Source: Candidatus Methylomirabilia bacterium
Lineage (GTDB): Bacteria > Methylomirabilota > Methylomirabilia > Rokubacteriales > CSP1-6
Direction: 5' to 3'
NCBI GenBank assembly: GCA_041496385.1
Contig: JBGQEL010000005.1
Location: 31,299-95,298, forward strand
DNA length: 64,000 nucleotides
The stretch's first letter is position 1, and the number at the start of each line of letters is the position of its first letter. The notes below the pieces were generated by a model, which had not been told where the DNA came from, searched no databases, and was given only the letters and a program-made list of their open reading frames with translations. This document shows, in pieces, positions 17,504 through 27,741 of this stretch. The position numbers were made by a program, and so were the translations under genes.

Positions 17504-19597
17504 GTGCCCGCCTGCTCGCTCGGGATCGACATCGGCGGCACGTTCACGGATCTCGTCGTCTACGACCACGACACCGGGCGGCAGTGGAGCCGCAAGGTCC
17601 TCACGACCCACGACGACCCGTCGCGCGCCGTCGCCGCCGGCGTCGCGGCGGTCCTCGACGCCGGACGGCTCGACCCGTCCCGCGTCACGCGGGTCGTGCA
17701 CGCGACCACGCTCTTCACCAACGCGCTGATCGAGCGGCGGGGCGCCGTGACCGGGCTCCTCACCACGGCCGGGTTCGCCGACACGCTCGAGATCGGGCGC
17801 GAGCGGAAGTACGAGCTCTACGACGTCAACATCGCGCGGCCCGAGCCGCTGGTGCCACGGCAGCTCCGCCTGGAGGTCGCCGAGCGCGTGAAGGCCGACG
17901 GCGCCGTGGCGCGGGCGCTCGACCGCCGGCAGGTGGCGGCCCGCGCGCGGGCGCTCGCGCGCGCGGGGGTCGAATCCGTCGCCGTCGTGTTCCTGCACGC
18001 GTACGCGAACCCGCGCCACGAGGCCGAGGCCGCGCGGATCATCGCGCGGCACTGCCCGCGGCTCGCGGTGACGACCTCGCACGAGGTGGCGCCGGAGATC
18101 CGCGAGTACGAGCGCACCTCGACCACCGTCATCAACGCCTACATCAAGCCGCTCGCCGGGCGGTACCTCGCGCTGATGGCGCAACGGCTCGGGCGCCTCG
18201 GGATCCCGGCGCCGCTCCTCCTCATGCTCTCGAGCGGCGGGCTCACCCACGTCGCCGAGGCGCAGCGGACGCCGGTGCAGATGCTCGAGTCGGGGCCGGC
18301 GGCGGGCGCGCTGGCGGCGGCGTTCTTCGGACGCGAGGACGGCGGCGGCGGCCTCCTCGCCTTCGACATGGGGGGCACGACCGCCAAGCTCTCGCTCGTC
18401 GAGGGCGGCGAGCCGCTGACCGCGTACACCTTCGAGGCCGCGCGCCAGCGGCGCTTCGTCGAGGGCAGCGGCCTGCCCGTCCGCATCTCGACGATCGAGC
18501 TGATCGAGATCGGCGCCGGCGGCGGCTCGATCGCCGACGTGAGCGAGATCGGGCTCCTCAAGGTCGGCCCGCGGAGCGCCGGCTCGCACCCGGGGCCCGC
18601 GTCCTACGCCCTCGGCGGCACGGAGGCCACCGTCACCGACGCCGACTTCCTCCTGGGCTACCTCAACGCGGACTATTTCGTCGGCGGCGAAGTGCGGGTG
18701 GACCTCGAGGCGGCGCGTCGCGCCGTCGGCTCACTGGCCGCGCGCGTCGGGCTCCCGCCGACCCAGACCGCCTGGGGCATCCACGACGTCGTCAACGAGA
18801 GCATGGCGAGCGCCGCGCGCGTCCACATCGCCGAGCGCGGCCGCGACCCGCGTGACTACGCGCTCCTCGCGACGGGCGGCGCCGGGCCCGTCCACGCCTG
18901 GGGCGTCGCGCGCAAGCTCGGCCTCGGGCGGGTGATCTGCCCGCCCTCCGCCGGCGTCGCCTCGGCGCTCGGCCTGCTCGTCGCGCCGGCGCGCGTGGAC
19001 CGCGTCGCGACGGTCGGCGTCCGGCTCGATCGCGGCGCCGGCGGCGTTCTCGAGACGGCGTTCCGCCGCCTCGAGAACGCGGCGCGCGCCGTCATGGCGG
19101 ACACCGGGCTCAAGCTCGAGACGGCGTCGGTGCGGCGGCTCGCCGACGGGCGGTTCGTGGGGCAGGGCTTCGACCTCGTCGTGGCGCTGCCCGACGGACC
19201 CTACGACGACGGCGAGGCGACCCGGCGCCGCCTCCTGGCCGCGTTCGAGACCGCGTACCGGGAGAAGTTCTCGCTGACCCCGCCCGAGGTGCCGGTCGAG
19301 TTCATCAACATCCGGGTCGCCGTCCGCGCGCCGGTCGCCGGCGCCGACGTCGCGGTCCGGGGCCCGAGCGGGCGCGCCGGCGGTGGCGCGATCAAGGGCC
19401 GTCGGCCCGCGTACTTCGCCGAGGCGGGCGGCTTCGTCGAAACGACCGTGTACGACCGCTACCGGCTCGGCGTCGGCGATGAGTTCTCCGGCCCCGCCGT
19501 CGTCGAGGAGGAGGGCTCGACGCTCGTCGTCGGCCCGGGCGGTGCGGCGCGCGTCGAGCCGAGCGGCAACATCGTCGTGGCGATCGCTAAGCCATGA
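17504..19597 (+). CDS. Hydantoinase A / 5-oxoprolinase subunit
   Basis: GIDIGGTFTD, HATTLFTNA, ESGPAAG, DMGGTT, GAGGGSIA; GTG start at 17504. Confidence 0.92.
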   Translation: MPACSLGIDIGGTFTDLVVYDHDTGRQWSRKVLTTHDDPSRAVAAGVAAVLDAGRLDPSRVTRVVHATTLFTNALIERRGAVTGLLTTAGFADTLEIGRERKYELYDVNIARPEPLVPRQLRLEVAERVKADGAVARALDRRQVAARARALARAGVESVAVVFLHAYANPRHEAEAARIIARHCPRLAVTTSHEVAPEIREYERTSTTVINAYIKPLAGRYLALMAQRLGRLGIPAPLLLMLSSGGLTHVAEAQRTPVQMLESGPAAGALAAAFFGREDGGGGLLAFDMGGTTAKLSLVEGGEPLTAYTFEAARQRRFVEGSGLPVRISTIELIEIGAGGGSIADVSEIGLLKVGPRSAGSHPGPASYALGGTEATVTDADFLLGYLNADYFVGGEVRVDLEAARRAVGSLAARVGLPPTQTAWGIHDVVNESMASAARVHIAERGRDPRDYALLATGGAGPVHAWGVARKLGLGRVICPPSAGVASALGLLVAPARVDRVATVGVRLDRGAGGVLETAFRRLENAARAVMADTGLKLETASVRRLADGRFVGQGFDLVVALPDGPYDDGEATRRRLLAAFETAYREKFSLTPPEVPVEFINIRVAVRAPVAGADVAVRGPSGRAGGGAIKGRRPAYFAEAGGFVETTVYDRYRLGVGDEFSGPAVVEEEGSTLVVGPGGAARVEPSGNIVVAIAKP

Positions 19598-20136
19598 GGG
19601 CGCCCGCCGTCCTGGACACGCCGCGGCTCCGCCTCCGCGCGCCCGTGCAGGACGACGCGGCGTCGATCTTCGCGTCGTATGCCCAGGACGCCGAGGTCTC
19701 GCGCTACACGACGTGGTCCCCTCATACGAGCGTGGACGTGACGCGGACGTGGCTCGAGGAATGCGAGGCCGGCTGGCGGATGGGGACCGCGTTCTCCTGG
19801 CTGATCAGCCTGGACGACGGCGCGCGCACGGCGGGCATGGTCGAGCTCCGCCGGGTCGGGCTGCGCCTGGAGCTTGGCTACGTCCTCGCGCAGCCCTACT
19901 GGGGCCGGGGCCTCATGACGGAAGCCGCGGGGGCGGTGGTGAACTGGGCCGTCGCCCAGCCCCAGGTGTATCGCGTGTGGGCGACGGTCGATCTCGAGAA
20001 CCGGGCGTCACAGCGGGTGCTGGAGAAGGTCGGGATGACGCGCGAGGGCGTGCTGCGCCGCTGGCTGGTCGCGCCGACGCTCGGTCCGGTGCCGCGCGAC
20101 GTGTGGTGTTACGCCAGGATCCGGGAGGCCGAATGA
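19594..20136 (+). CDS. GNAT acetyltransferase (RimJ/RimL type)
   Basis: TPRLRLR, ELGYVLAQPYWGRGLMTEA, NRASQRVLEKVGM. Confidence 0.88.
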   Translation: MRAPAVLDTPRLRLRAPVQDDAASIFASYAQDAEVSRYTTWSPHTSVDVTRTWLEECEAGWRMGTAFSWLISLDDGARTAGMVELRRVGLRLELGYVLAQPYWGRGLMTEAAGAVVNWAVAQPQVYRVWATVDLENRASQRVLEKVGMTREGVLRRWLVAPTLGPVPRDVWCYARIREAE

Positions 20137-21740
20137 CGACGCCGTTCGACGCGGTCACGCTCGAGGTCTTCTGGACACGCCTCGTCTCGATCGTGGACGA
20201 GGCGGCGAAGGCCATCGTGCGCACGTCGTTCTCGACGCTCTCGAACGAGGCGAACGACTTCGCGTGCATGCTGACCGACGCGCGCGGCTGGGCGCTCGCC
20301 CAGAACACCGGCTCCATCCCGTCCTTCATCGGAACGCTCCCGGCCACCGTCCGCCACTTCCTCCGCGCGATGGGCGCCGATGGCTTCCACCCGGGCGACG
20401 TGCTCATCACGAATGACGCCTGGATGGGGACGGGGCACATGTCGGACGTGAGTGTGCTCAAGCCGATCTTCCGCGCGGGGCGCCTCGTCGCATTCTCCGC
20501 GACCACGTCGCACATGCCCGACATCGGCGGCCGCGTCCGCGCGATCGAGGCGCGCGAGATCTTCGAGGAGGGGCTGCACATCCCGCTGATGAAGCTCCGG
20601 GCGGAGGGCCGGACGAACGACGCGCTGATCGAGCTGGTCCGCGCCAACGTCCGCACGCCCGACCAGACCGTCGGCGACATCTGGGCGCAGGTCGGCGCCA
20701 ACGAGCTGATGGAGCGGCGCCTGCTCGCGCTGATGGACGACGGGCGGCTCGAGACGCTGGAAGGGCTGGGCGACGAGCTCTTCGCGCGCACCGAGCGCGC
20801 GATGCGCGGCGCGATCCGCGCCGTCCCGGACGGCACCTACCGCTACGCGATGCGCACCGACGGCGTGGACGCGCCGCTCGACTTCAAGGTGGCGCTGACG
20901 GTCGCGGGCGACGAGATCGCCGCCGACTTCGCGGGCACCTCACCGCAGCAGCCGCGCGCGATCAACTGCGTGCTCGCGTACACCTACGCGATGACGGCGT
21001 ACGCGATCAAGTGCGCGCTGCTCCCCGGTCTCGCCAACAACGAGGGCATGTACCGCCCCCTCAGCGTCCGGGCGCCCGCGGAGTGCATCCTCAATCCGCG
21101 GTTCCCGGCCGCGGTCGTGAGCCGCGCCGTCACCGGCCACTACGTGCCCGTCCTCCTCTTCGGCGCGCTCCACCGGGTGATCCCGGACCGCATCATGGCG
21201 GGCGCGGGCTCGCCGCTCTGGGCTCTCCAGCAGACGGGATTGCACGCCGACGGCCGGCCCTACACCAACGTCTTCTTCTTCAACGGCGGCATGGGCGCGA
21301 CGCCGTCCAAGGACGGCGAGCACGCGACGTCCTGGCCGAGCAACATCTCGTCCACCCCGGTGGAGGTGGCCGAGCGCAACAGCCCGCTCTACTTCCGCGC
21401 CAAGCGCCTGCGGCCCGGCTCGGGCGGGCGCGGCCGGTACCGCGGCGGCCTGGGCCAGGACATCCTGATCGAGTGCGAATCGGCGACGCCGGTGCTCGTG
21501 AGCTTCATGGCCGAGCGCACGCGGTTCGCCGCGCCCGGCTTTGCCGGCGGCGGCCCCGGCGGCCGGGGCGACGTGCGCATCAACGGCCGGCGCGTCGACA
21601 ACCGGCGCCAGCACGTTCTGAAACAAGGCGACGTGGTGCTCGTGCGCACGCCCGGCGGCGGCGGCTGGGGACCGGCGCGCCGGCGCGACCCCGCGCGCGT
21701 CGCGCGCGACCGCCTCCGGGGCTACCTCAGCGCTCCCTGA
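20133..21740 (+). CDS. Hydantoinase B / 5-oxoprolinase subunit
   Basis: DAVTLEV, PGDVLITND, HMPDIGG, EIFEEG, SGGRGRYRGGLG, TPGGGGWG. Confidence 0.92.
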   Translation: MTTPFDAVTLEVFWTRLVSIVDEAAKAIVRTSFSTLSNEANDFACMLTDARGWALAQNTGSIPSFIGTLPATVRHFLRAMGADGFHPGDVLITNDAWMGTGHMSDVSVLKPIFRAGRLVAFSATTSHMPDIGGRVRAIEAREIFEEGLHIPLMKLRAEGRTNDALIELVRANVRTPDQTVGDIWAQVGANELMERRLLALMDDGRLETLEGLGDELFARTERAMRGAIRAVPDGTYRYAMRTDGVDAPLDFKVALTVAGDEIAADFAGTSPQQPRAINCVLAYTYAMTAYAIKCALLPGLANNEGMYRPLSVRAPAECILNPRFPAAVVSRAVTGHYVPVLLFGALHRVIPDRIMAGAGSPLWALQQTGLHADGRPYTNVFFFNGGMGATPSKDGEHATSWPSNISSTPVEVAERNSPLYFRAKRLRPGSGGRGRYRGGLGQDILIECESATPVLVSFMAERTRFAAPGFAGGGPGGRGDVRINGRRVDNRRQHVLKQGDVVLVRTPGGGGWGPARRRDPARVARDRLRGYLSAP

Positions 21741-22596
21741 GGAGCTGCTCGACCGCGCCGACGTGGCTGCCCGCGCACGCCCACATCTGCGGGATGCTGT
21801 TCACGACGGCGACCGCCGCCATGGTCTCGATCTGGTCGCGCGGGCCGCCGCCGCCCGCGAGCGCCCCGTCGCGCACCTGCCTGACGGTCGCGCACAGGCC
21901 GATACGCGGGTCGGCGAGGATCGCCGCCCACTCCTTGCGCGAGCCGAGCATCCAGGTCGAGAGCGCCAGCAGATGCAGATCGAGCGCCAGCCCGAGGTTG
22001 CGCCTGACGTCCTCGTCGCCGCCGCGCGCGAGGAAGTAGGGCTCGAGCAGTCTGCGCGTGTCGAGCACCTGCGGCTCGTAGTCGGCGTACTTCGGCGAGG
22101 TGCCAGTGAAGTCCTGAAGCGCCCTGAGCGGCTTGACCATCGCGGCCGCCGCCTCGCGATCCCCGGCCGAGAGCCCTGGCGCCGCCGGCGTCCCTCCCGG
22201 CGCCCCCGCCGGCGCCGTGGTCGCCGCCGGCGCGGCCTGCTGGGCGGGCGGCGCCTCCCCGCGCCGGCCGAGCAGCATCGGCGACATGTACCAGACGATC
22301 ACGAGGACGACGGCGCCGCCCAGGATCAGGAGCCCATCCTGCGTCGAGAAGCTGCGGCGCGCCGGCAGCTCGTCCTCGAGGGCCGGCATCGGCGCCGACG
22401 GCGCGGGTCGGGCCGCCGCCGGCGCGGGAGGCTTGAAGACCGAGGCCGACGGAGGCACCGCGGCCGGCGTCAACGGCGTGACCGGAGCGACCGGGGCGGC
22501 GGGCGCCGGCGGGGCGATCGCCGCGCCGCAGTGCGGACACGCCCGCGCGTCCGCGGGAACCTCCCTGGCGCACGACGCGCAATTGGCTGGCATCAT
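21727..22596 (-). CDS. Zinc-ribbon membrane protein, hypothetical
   Basis: CASC...CPHCG, Pro/Ala linker, one TM; GGAGGGAG SD. Confidence 0.7.
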   Translation of the reverse strand: MMPANCASCAREVPADARACPHCGAAIAPPAPAAPVAPVTPLTPAAVPPSASVFKPPAPAAARPAPSAPMPALEDELPARRSFSTQDGLLILGGAVVLVIVWYMSPMLLGRRGEAPPAQQAAPAATTAPAGAPGGTPAAPGLSAGDREAAAAMVKPLRALQDFTGTSPKYADYEPQVLDTRRLLEPYFLARGGDEDVRRNLGLALDLHLLALSTWMLGSRKEWAAILADPRIGLCATVRQVRDGALAGGGGPRDQIETMAAVAVVNSIPQMWACAGSHVGAVEQLLRER

Positions 22597-24062
22597 CGCG
22601 TTCTCCCTCCCGCCCGCGCGAAGTCGATGAACCCGCGCTCGACGTCGGTGGCGACGAGCTCGACCCGCACGCGATCGCCCACGTCGAGCCCTTCCCCGCC
22701 GCGGACGAGCTTGCCCTCGACCGGCGGCCGCATGACGCGGACCCACGTGCCCTTGTCGGAGGCGCCGGTGACGATCGCGTCGAACCGCTCGCCGACCCGT
22801 CCCTGCATCAGCAGCGCGGCCGCCGACTTCCGGACCTGGCGCTCGACCTTGCTCGCATTATCCTCCTGCTCGGTGCAATGGCGGGCGAGTCCCTCCAGCT
22901 CGCCCTCGGCGTAGGGAGCCGCGCGCCCAGCGAGCGCCGCCTTGAGCAACCGCTGGGTGACGAGATCGGGAAAGCGGCGGTTCGGCGCGGTCGAGTGCGT
23001 GTAGTCGCGCACCGCGAGGCCGAAGTGCGCCTCCGGTGGCCGGCCGGGGAGATCCAGGACGTACTCGCCCGAGCCCAGGAGCTTCACGACGCTGAGCGAG
23101 AGGTCGGGGAATCCGGGCGGGTCGGCGGCGCGCCGCCGGGCGAGAAACGCCTCCAGCGCGCGCGCGTCGGGCGCCGCCGGAAGCCGGTCGTCCAGCCGGC
23201 CGGCGAGCTCGACGATCCGGTCCCAGCGCTCGGGCGTGCGGAGGACGCGCCGGAGCGACGGGCAGCCGTGGGCGGCGAGATGGCGCGCCGTCACGCCGTT
23301 CGCCGCGATCATGAAGTCCTCGATCAGCTCCTTGGCGCGGTTCTTCTCGTCCGGCCGGAGATCGGTCAGGACGTCGCCGTCGAACACGGCGCGGGTCTCG
23401 AGCGTCTCCAGGCTCAGCGCGCCGTGCTGGTGCCGCAGGGCCTTCATCGCCTGGGCGACCGCGTCCTGCATCCGGAGCTGCGTGTCCAGGCCCGGGACCG
23501 CCGCGACCCGGGGCGGAACGGGGCCCTGCCCGTCGAGCCAGGCGGCGACGGCGTTGTACGCCAGCTTCGCGCGATTCCGCACCGACGCGCGGTAGACGTC
23601 CGCCGGCCCGACGACGCCGTCCGCGCCGACCGTCATGTCGACGACCAGCGCGAGGCGCTCCTCCCCCTCGCCGAGCGAGGTGAGGTCGGTCGAGAGCCGC
23701 TCGGGCAGCATGGGGAAGATGCCGCCGGCCGTGTAGACGGACGTCGTGTTGGTCCGCGCGTGGCCGTCGATCGCCGAGCCCGGTGCGACGAGCGCGTCCA
23801 CGTCGGCGACCGCGATGAGGATCCGCACCCGCCCGCCGGCCAGCGGCTCCGCCACGGAGAGCTGGTCGAGGTCGCGCGAGTCGTCGTTGTCGATCGAGCA
23901 CCAGAGCCGATCGAGGAGGTCGCGGACACCCGGGCCCGCGTCGGTCGCCGCCTTCGCGATCGCGCCGACCTCGGTCACGACCGGCGGTGAGAAGTCGGGC
24001 TCGAGCCCCCGCGCGCGCATCACCCGGCGCGCGATCGCCGCGAGATCGGCGCGCCCCCGCAT
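22593..24062 (-). CDS. RNB-domain exoribonuclease (RNase II/R-like, compact)
   Basis: SIDNDDSRDLDQL, LIEDFMIAAN, HFGLAVRDYTHSTAPNRRFPDL, C-terminal S1-like. Confidence 0.9.
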   Translation of the reverse strand: MRGRADLAAIARRVMRARGLEPDFSPPVVTEVGAIAKAATDAGPGVRDLLDRLWCSIDNDDSRDLDQLSVAEPLAGGRVRILIAVADVDALVAPGSAIDGHARTNTTSVYTAGGIFPMLPERLSTDLTSLGEGEERLALVVDMTVGADGVVGPADVYRASVRNRAKLAYNAVAAWLDGQGPVPPRVAAVPGLDTQLRMQDAVAQAMKALRHQHGALSLETLETRAVFDGDVLTDLRPDEKNRAKELIEDFMIAANGVTARHLAAHGCPSLRRVLRTPERWDRIVELAGRLDDRLPAAPDARALEAFLARRRAADPPGFPDLSLSVVKLLGSGEYVLDLPGRPPEAHFGLAVRDYTHSTAPNRRFPDLVTQRLLKAALAGRAAPYAEGELEGLARHCTEQEDNASKVERQVRKSAAALLMQGRVGERFDAIVTGASDKGTWVRVMRPPVEGKLVRGGEGLDVGDRVRVELVATDVERGFIDFARAGGRTR

Positions 24063-24172
24063 CGCGCTCAACGCTCGCTCACCGGGCGGACGGTCATGCG
24101 CCCATAGTACTGCGCCGGAGCGCCGCGACCGCGGTTTGCGGAGCGCCCGCGGACGGTGACATGCTGGGCCCG

Positions 24173-24922
24173 ATGAGCGGCCTCGCGTTCGTCGCGCTCG
24201 GCGTGGGCGACGCGTTCTCAGCCCGGTACTATTCCTCGTGCCTCGCCGTCGGCGCGGAGGGCGCGTGGCTCCTCGTGGACTGTCCTCACCCGATCCGCAA
24301 GATCCTGCGCGAGTCCGGCGAGTCCGCCGGCGTGCCCCTGGACGTGGGCGATCTGTCAGGCGTCCTGCTGACGCACCTGCACGCCGATCACAGCTCGGGC
24401 CTCGAGGGCCTCGGCTACTTCTCGCATTTCGCGCTGAAGCGGCGCGCCCGGCTGCTCGCGCACGGCGACGTCCTCGCGGAGGTCTGGGATCGGCATCTCG
24501 CGGCGGGCATGCGGCGTCTCCTCGAGCCCGACGGGCGCGCCGCACGCGACCTCCGGCTCGAGGACTACTTCGAGGTGTCGCCCCTGTCCGAGACCAGCGC
24601 GGTGGAGATCGGCCCGTTCAGGGTCGAGTGCCGGCGGACGATCCACCACATTCCGACGACGGCCCTGCGGATCCGCGGCGGGGGCCGCGTGCTGGGCGTG
24701 AGCGCCGACACGGCGTTCGACCCGGGACTCATCGCGTGGCTCGCCGAGGCCGACCTCGTCGTCCACGAGACGAACTACGGCGTCCACACGCCCTACGCGA
24801 AGCTCGCCGCGCTCCCGGCCGACCTCCGGGCGCGCATGCGCCTCATCCACTACCCGGACGACTTCGACACGGTCGGCAGCGTGATCGAGCCGCTGCGCCA
24901 GGGCGCGCGCTACGAGGTGTAG
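24173..24922 (+). CDS. MBL-fold metallohydrolase (RNase Z-like)
   Basis: LGVGDAFS, THLHADH, SADT, HE, LIHY; start 24161 or 24173. Confidence 0.85.
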   Translation: MSGLAFVALGVGDAFSARYYSSCLAVGAEGAWLLVDCPHPIRKILRESGESAGVPLDVGDLSGVLLTHLHADHSSGLEGLGYFSHFALKRRARLLAHGDVLAEVWDRHLAAGMRRLLEPDGRAARDLRLEDYFEVSPLSETSAVEIGPFRVECRRTIHHIPTTALRIRGGGRVLGVSADTAFDPGLIAWLAEADLVVHETNYGVHTPYAKLAALPADLRARMRLIHYPDDFDTVGSVIEPLRQGARYEV

Positions 24923-24946
24923 CAGGCACCCCGACCGCCGGCGGGC

Positions 24947-25867
24947 TCAGGAGGCGAGCGTCCGGTCCACCACCGCGAGCGGGCTCCGCCCCTCGACGAA
25001 GCCGACCTCGCGGAGCCCGAGCAGGCCGCGCAGCCGATCCTCGGGCACCTTCATCGGCCCAGGCCCGGGCGCCGTGCCCGGCGCGGGCTGTGGAAACGCC
25101 GTCGACATGGCGGCGTGGAACGTCACGGTGCCCTCGACCTTCTGCATCGCCTGGTGGATGTGCCCGTTCAGCACCGTCACCGAGCCGAACCGCTTCAGAT
25201 AGCCGATCGCCCGCTCGCCGTCGGCCGTCGCCCAGCCCCACTTCGGGTAGAGCGCCCAGAGGGGCACGTGGGTGAAGACGACGAGGGGCGCGCTGCTCGG
25301 GAGGCGCTGCACGTCCTTCTCGAGCCACTCGAGCTGCTCCTCGCCCAGGCCGCCGAGCCCGCTCGCCTTGTAGCTCAGCACGTTGACGAGCCCGACGAAG
25401 TGCACGCCGCGGTAGTCGAAGCTCTGCCAGCCGCGGCCGTCCACCGTGCCGGCGCCGTAGCGGCCGAGGTACTCCTTCCCGCCGTCGAGAAAGACGTCGT
25501 GCTCGCCCGGGATGTAGAACACCCGCTCCGCCCGCACGGACTTCAGGATCTCGGCCACGCTGTCGAACGCGCCCGGCTTCTGGCCGTGGGTGAGATCGCC
25601 CGTGTGCAGGACGAACGCCGGCGGCGTCGGAAGCGCGTTGATCTTCGCGATCGCCTCCCGCAGGGTCGCGGTCGCATCGGGGTTCGCCTCACCCTTGAAG
25701 CCGACGTGCGTGTCGCTGATCTGGACGAAGCTGAAGTCTCCGGCCGATGCCTCGCCCGCGTGCGCGAGCGTGCGCGACGACAGCACGCCTCCGGCGGCGG
25801 TCCAGACGATCCCCGTGCCGACCCAGGCCATGCATTCGAGGAACCCGCGACGATCAATGTCCGCCAT
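24947..25867 (-). CDS. Tat-exported metallophosphoesterase (CpdA/Icc-like)
   Basis: DRRGFL Tat motif; SDTH, TGDL, PGEHD, GHIH. Confidence 0.88.
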   Translation of the reverse strand: MADIDRRGFLECMAWVGTGIVWTAAGGVLSSRTLAHAGEASAGDFSFVQISDTHVGFKGEANPDATATLREAIAKINALPTPPAFVLHTGDLTHGQKPGAFDSVAEILKSVRAERVFYIPGEHDVFLDGGKEYLGRYGAGTVDGRGWQSFDYRGVHFVGLVNVLSYKASGLGGLGEEQLEWLEKDVQRLPSSAPLVVFTHVPLWALYPKWGWATADGERAIGYLKRFGSVTVLNGHIHQAMQKVEGTVTFHAAMSTAFPQPAPGTAPGPGPMKVPEDRLRGLLGLREVGFVEGRSPLAVVDRTLAS

Positions 25868-25897
25868 GTGGCTCTCCTTGCCGCGTGTGCGCGGCGT

Positions 25898-26239
25898 TTA
25901 CTTCACCGTGATCGTGGACTTCATGTAGGGGTGCAGGGCGCAGAAATACGCGTAGGCTCCGGGCGCGGCGAACGTGTACGCGAACGTCTCGCCCTTCTCG
26001 AGGCCGGCCGACGCGAACGCCCCGGCGGACGACGTCACCGTGTGGAGCTCCTCGTCACGGTTGACCCACGTGATCCTCGTGCCCGCGGGCACCGTCAGCG
26101 TCTCGGGCCGGAACGCGAAGTGCTCGATACCGATCTGCGCCTCGGGTGCGGCGCCGTCCGACGTGCGCGCCGCCGGGAGCGTCGTGCTCAGGACCAGCAG
26201 GGCCGCACACGCGGCCGCCGCGCGGATCCTCTTCCTCAT
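25898..26239 (-). CDS. Cupredoxin (amicyanin/plastocyanin-like)
   Basis: Signal peptide; HTV and YFCALHPYM type-1 Cu ligands. Confidence 0.9.
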   Translation of the reverse strand: MRKRIRAAAACAALLVLSTTLPAARTSDGAAPEAQIGIEHFAFRPETLTVPAGTRITWVNRDEELHTVTSSAGAFASAGLEKGETFAYTFAAPGAYAYFCALHPYMKSTITVK

Positions 26240-26266
26240 GGATCATCACCTCCGTTCGTCCCTGCC

Positions 26267-26339
26267 AACGCGCGGGGCGGGCGCGCGTTCCACCGCCGGG
26301 CGAAGATTTCCGGGGGAACGAATCGCGCCCTGGCGCGTT
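26267..26339. promoter_or_regulatory. Pair of divergent ECF promoters GGAAC-N16-CGTT
   Basis: Minus 26267-26291 toward the cupredoxin; plus 26315-26339 toward the sigma. Confidence 0.7.
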
Positions 26340-26378
26340 GCGGTGGGTGATCGGACCGACTGGTACACTCCAGGAGGC

Positions 26379-26924
26379 ATGGGAAGCCGGCACGTGCTGG
26401 ATCGGGGCGCCGCGCTGGGACGGGAGGCGCTCGCGTATGTCGACGGCCTGCACAACCTCGCGCGGTACCTCACGGGCAACGAGACCGACGCGGAGGACCT
26501 GGTGCAGGAGACCTACGCGCGCGCGCTCCGGGCCGCCGAGCAGTTCACGCCGGGCACGAACCTCAAGGCGTGGCTGTTCCGGATCCTGAGGAACACGTTC
26601 CTCAGCCTCTACCGGCACCAGCGCGCGAGCCCGCTCGTGGGCGGCCTCGACACGGTGGACCCGTCGGCGCAGGGCGTGGCCGACGAGGCCTGGCTCCGCG
26701 ACGACGTGGAGCTCGACCGGCTCAGGAAGCTCGTCGGCGAGGAGATCGAGGCGGCGCTGCTGACGCTGTCCGAGGAAGGGCGCACCGTGATCCTGCTGGA
26801 CCTCGAGGGGCTGACCGAGACGGAGGTCGCGAACGTGATGGGGTGCGCCGTGGGAACGGTGAAGTCGCGCCTGGCGCGCGCGCGGGCGCTGCTCCGGCGG
26901 CGGCTCAAGGACTACGCGCGATAG
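26379..26924 (+). CDS. ECF RNA polymerase sigma factor
   Basis: [43 protein letters not shown]. Confidence 0.92.
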   Translation: MGSRHVLDRGAALGREALAYVDGLHNLARYLTGNETDAEDLVQETYARALRAAEQFTPGTNLKAWLFRILRNTFLSLYRHQRASPLVGGLDTVDPSAQGVADEAWLRDDVELDRLRKLVGEEIEAALLTLSEEGRTVILLDLEGLTETEVANVMGCAVGTVKSRLARARALLRRRLKDYAR

Positions 26925-26932
26925 GGCCGGCG

Positions 26933-27724
26933 ATGGACTGCCAGGACGTCCGCCTTCAGCTGCACGACTACCAGCGCGGGCACGTCGGTCCCGATGCCGA
27001 CCGCGAGATCCGCGCCCACCTCAAGCGCTGCACGGCCTGCGCCCACGAGGAGGCCGCCGGGCACGTGCTCACCGAGGTGCTCGAGCGCAAGCTGCCCCAG
27101 CACCCCGGCTCGCTCGCGCTGAAGCGCCGCCTGGCGGCCCAGTGGCCCGCGGCGCCGGCACGGCGGCCGTGGTGGAGTGGCTGGCGGCGCGCGCTCGTCC
27201 CCGCGCTCGCCACGGCCGTCGTCCTCGCCGTGGCGCTCCCGCTCTACCGGGAGCTGGTGCCGGGCGCGCGCGCCCCCGGCGCCGGCAACATGGTCACCGA
27301 GGCCGTCAACGATCACCTGCGCGTGCTGCAGCGCGAGCGTCCGCTCGACATCGAGAGCGGAGGCCTCCACCAGGTCAAGCCGTGGTTCTCCGGACGTTTG
27401 GACTTCGCGCCGATCGTCGCCTTCGAGGGCGACGCGGAGTTTCCCCTGCAGGGCGGCGCGGTCGGCTACTTCGTGGACCGCAAGGCCGCCGTGTTCGTCT
27501 ACAAGCGGCGGCTCCATTCGGTCTCGCTCTTCGTGTTCCGCGCCGAGGGGCTGCCCTGGCCCGGGCGCGGCCTGGCGCCCGTCGGCGCGGCGAGCGCGTA
27601 CACGGCGAGCTCGCGCGGCTTCAATGTGATGCTCTGGCGCGCGGGCGATCTCGGCTACGCGCTCGTCTCCGACGTGGACGCGCGGGAGCTGGCGCAGCTC
27701 GCGGCGAAGCTCGCGCGCGGCTGA
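26933..27724 (+). CDS. Membrane anti-sigma factor (zf-HC2)
   Basis: HLKRCTAC, TM helix, HQVKPWFSGRLDFAP periplasmic motif, WRAGDLGYALVSD. Confidence 0.88.
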   Translation: MDCQDVRLQLHDYQRGHVGPDADREIRAHLKRCTACAHEEAAGHVLTEVLERKLPQHPGSLALKRRLAAQWPAAPARRPWWSGWRRALVPALATAVVLAVALPLYRELVPGARAPGAGNMVTEAVNDHLRVLQRERPLDIESGGLHQVKPWFSGRLDFAPIVAFEGDAEFPLQGGAVGYFVDRKAAVFVYKRRLHSVSLFVFRAEGLPWPGRGLAPVGAASAYTASSRGFNVMLWRAGDLGYALVSDVDARELAQLAAKLARG

Positions 27725-27741
27725 CGCGCCGCCGCGCCCCA

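Noticed and set aside
22593..24922. RNB nuclease plus MBL hydrolase as a defence or RNA-repair system
   Set aside because: Divergent genes of common families with no supporting partners; the DLDQ variant occurs in other RNB proteins
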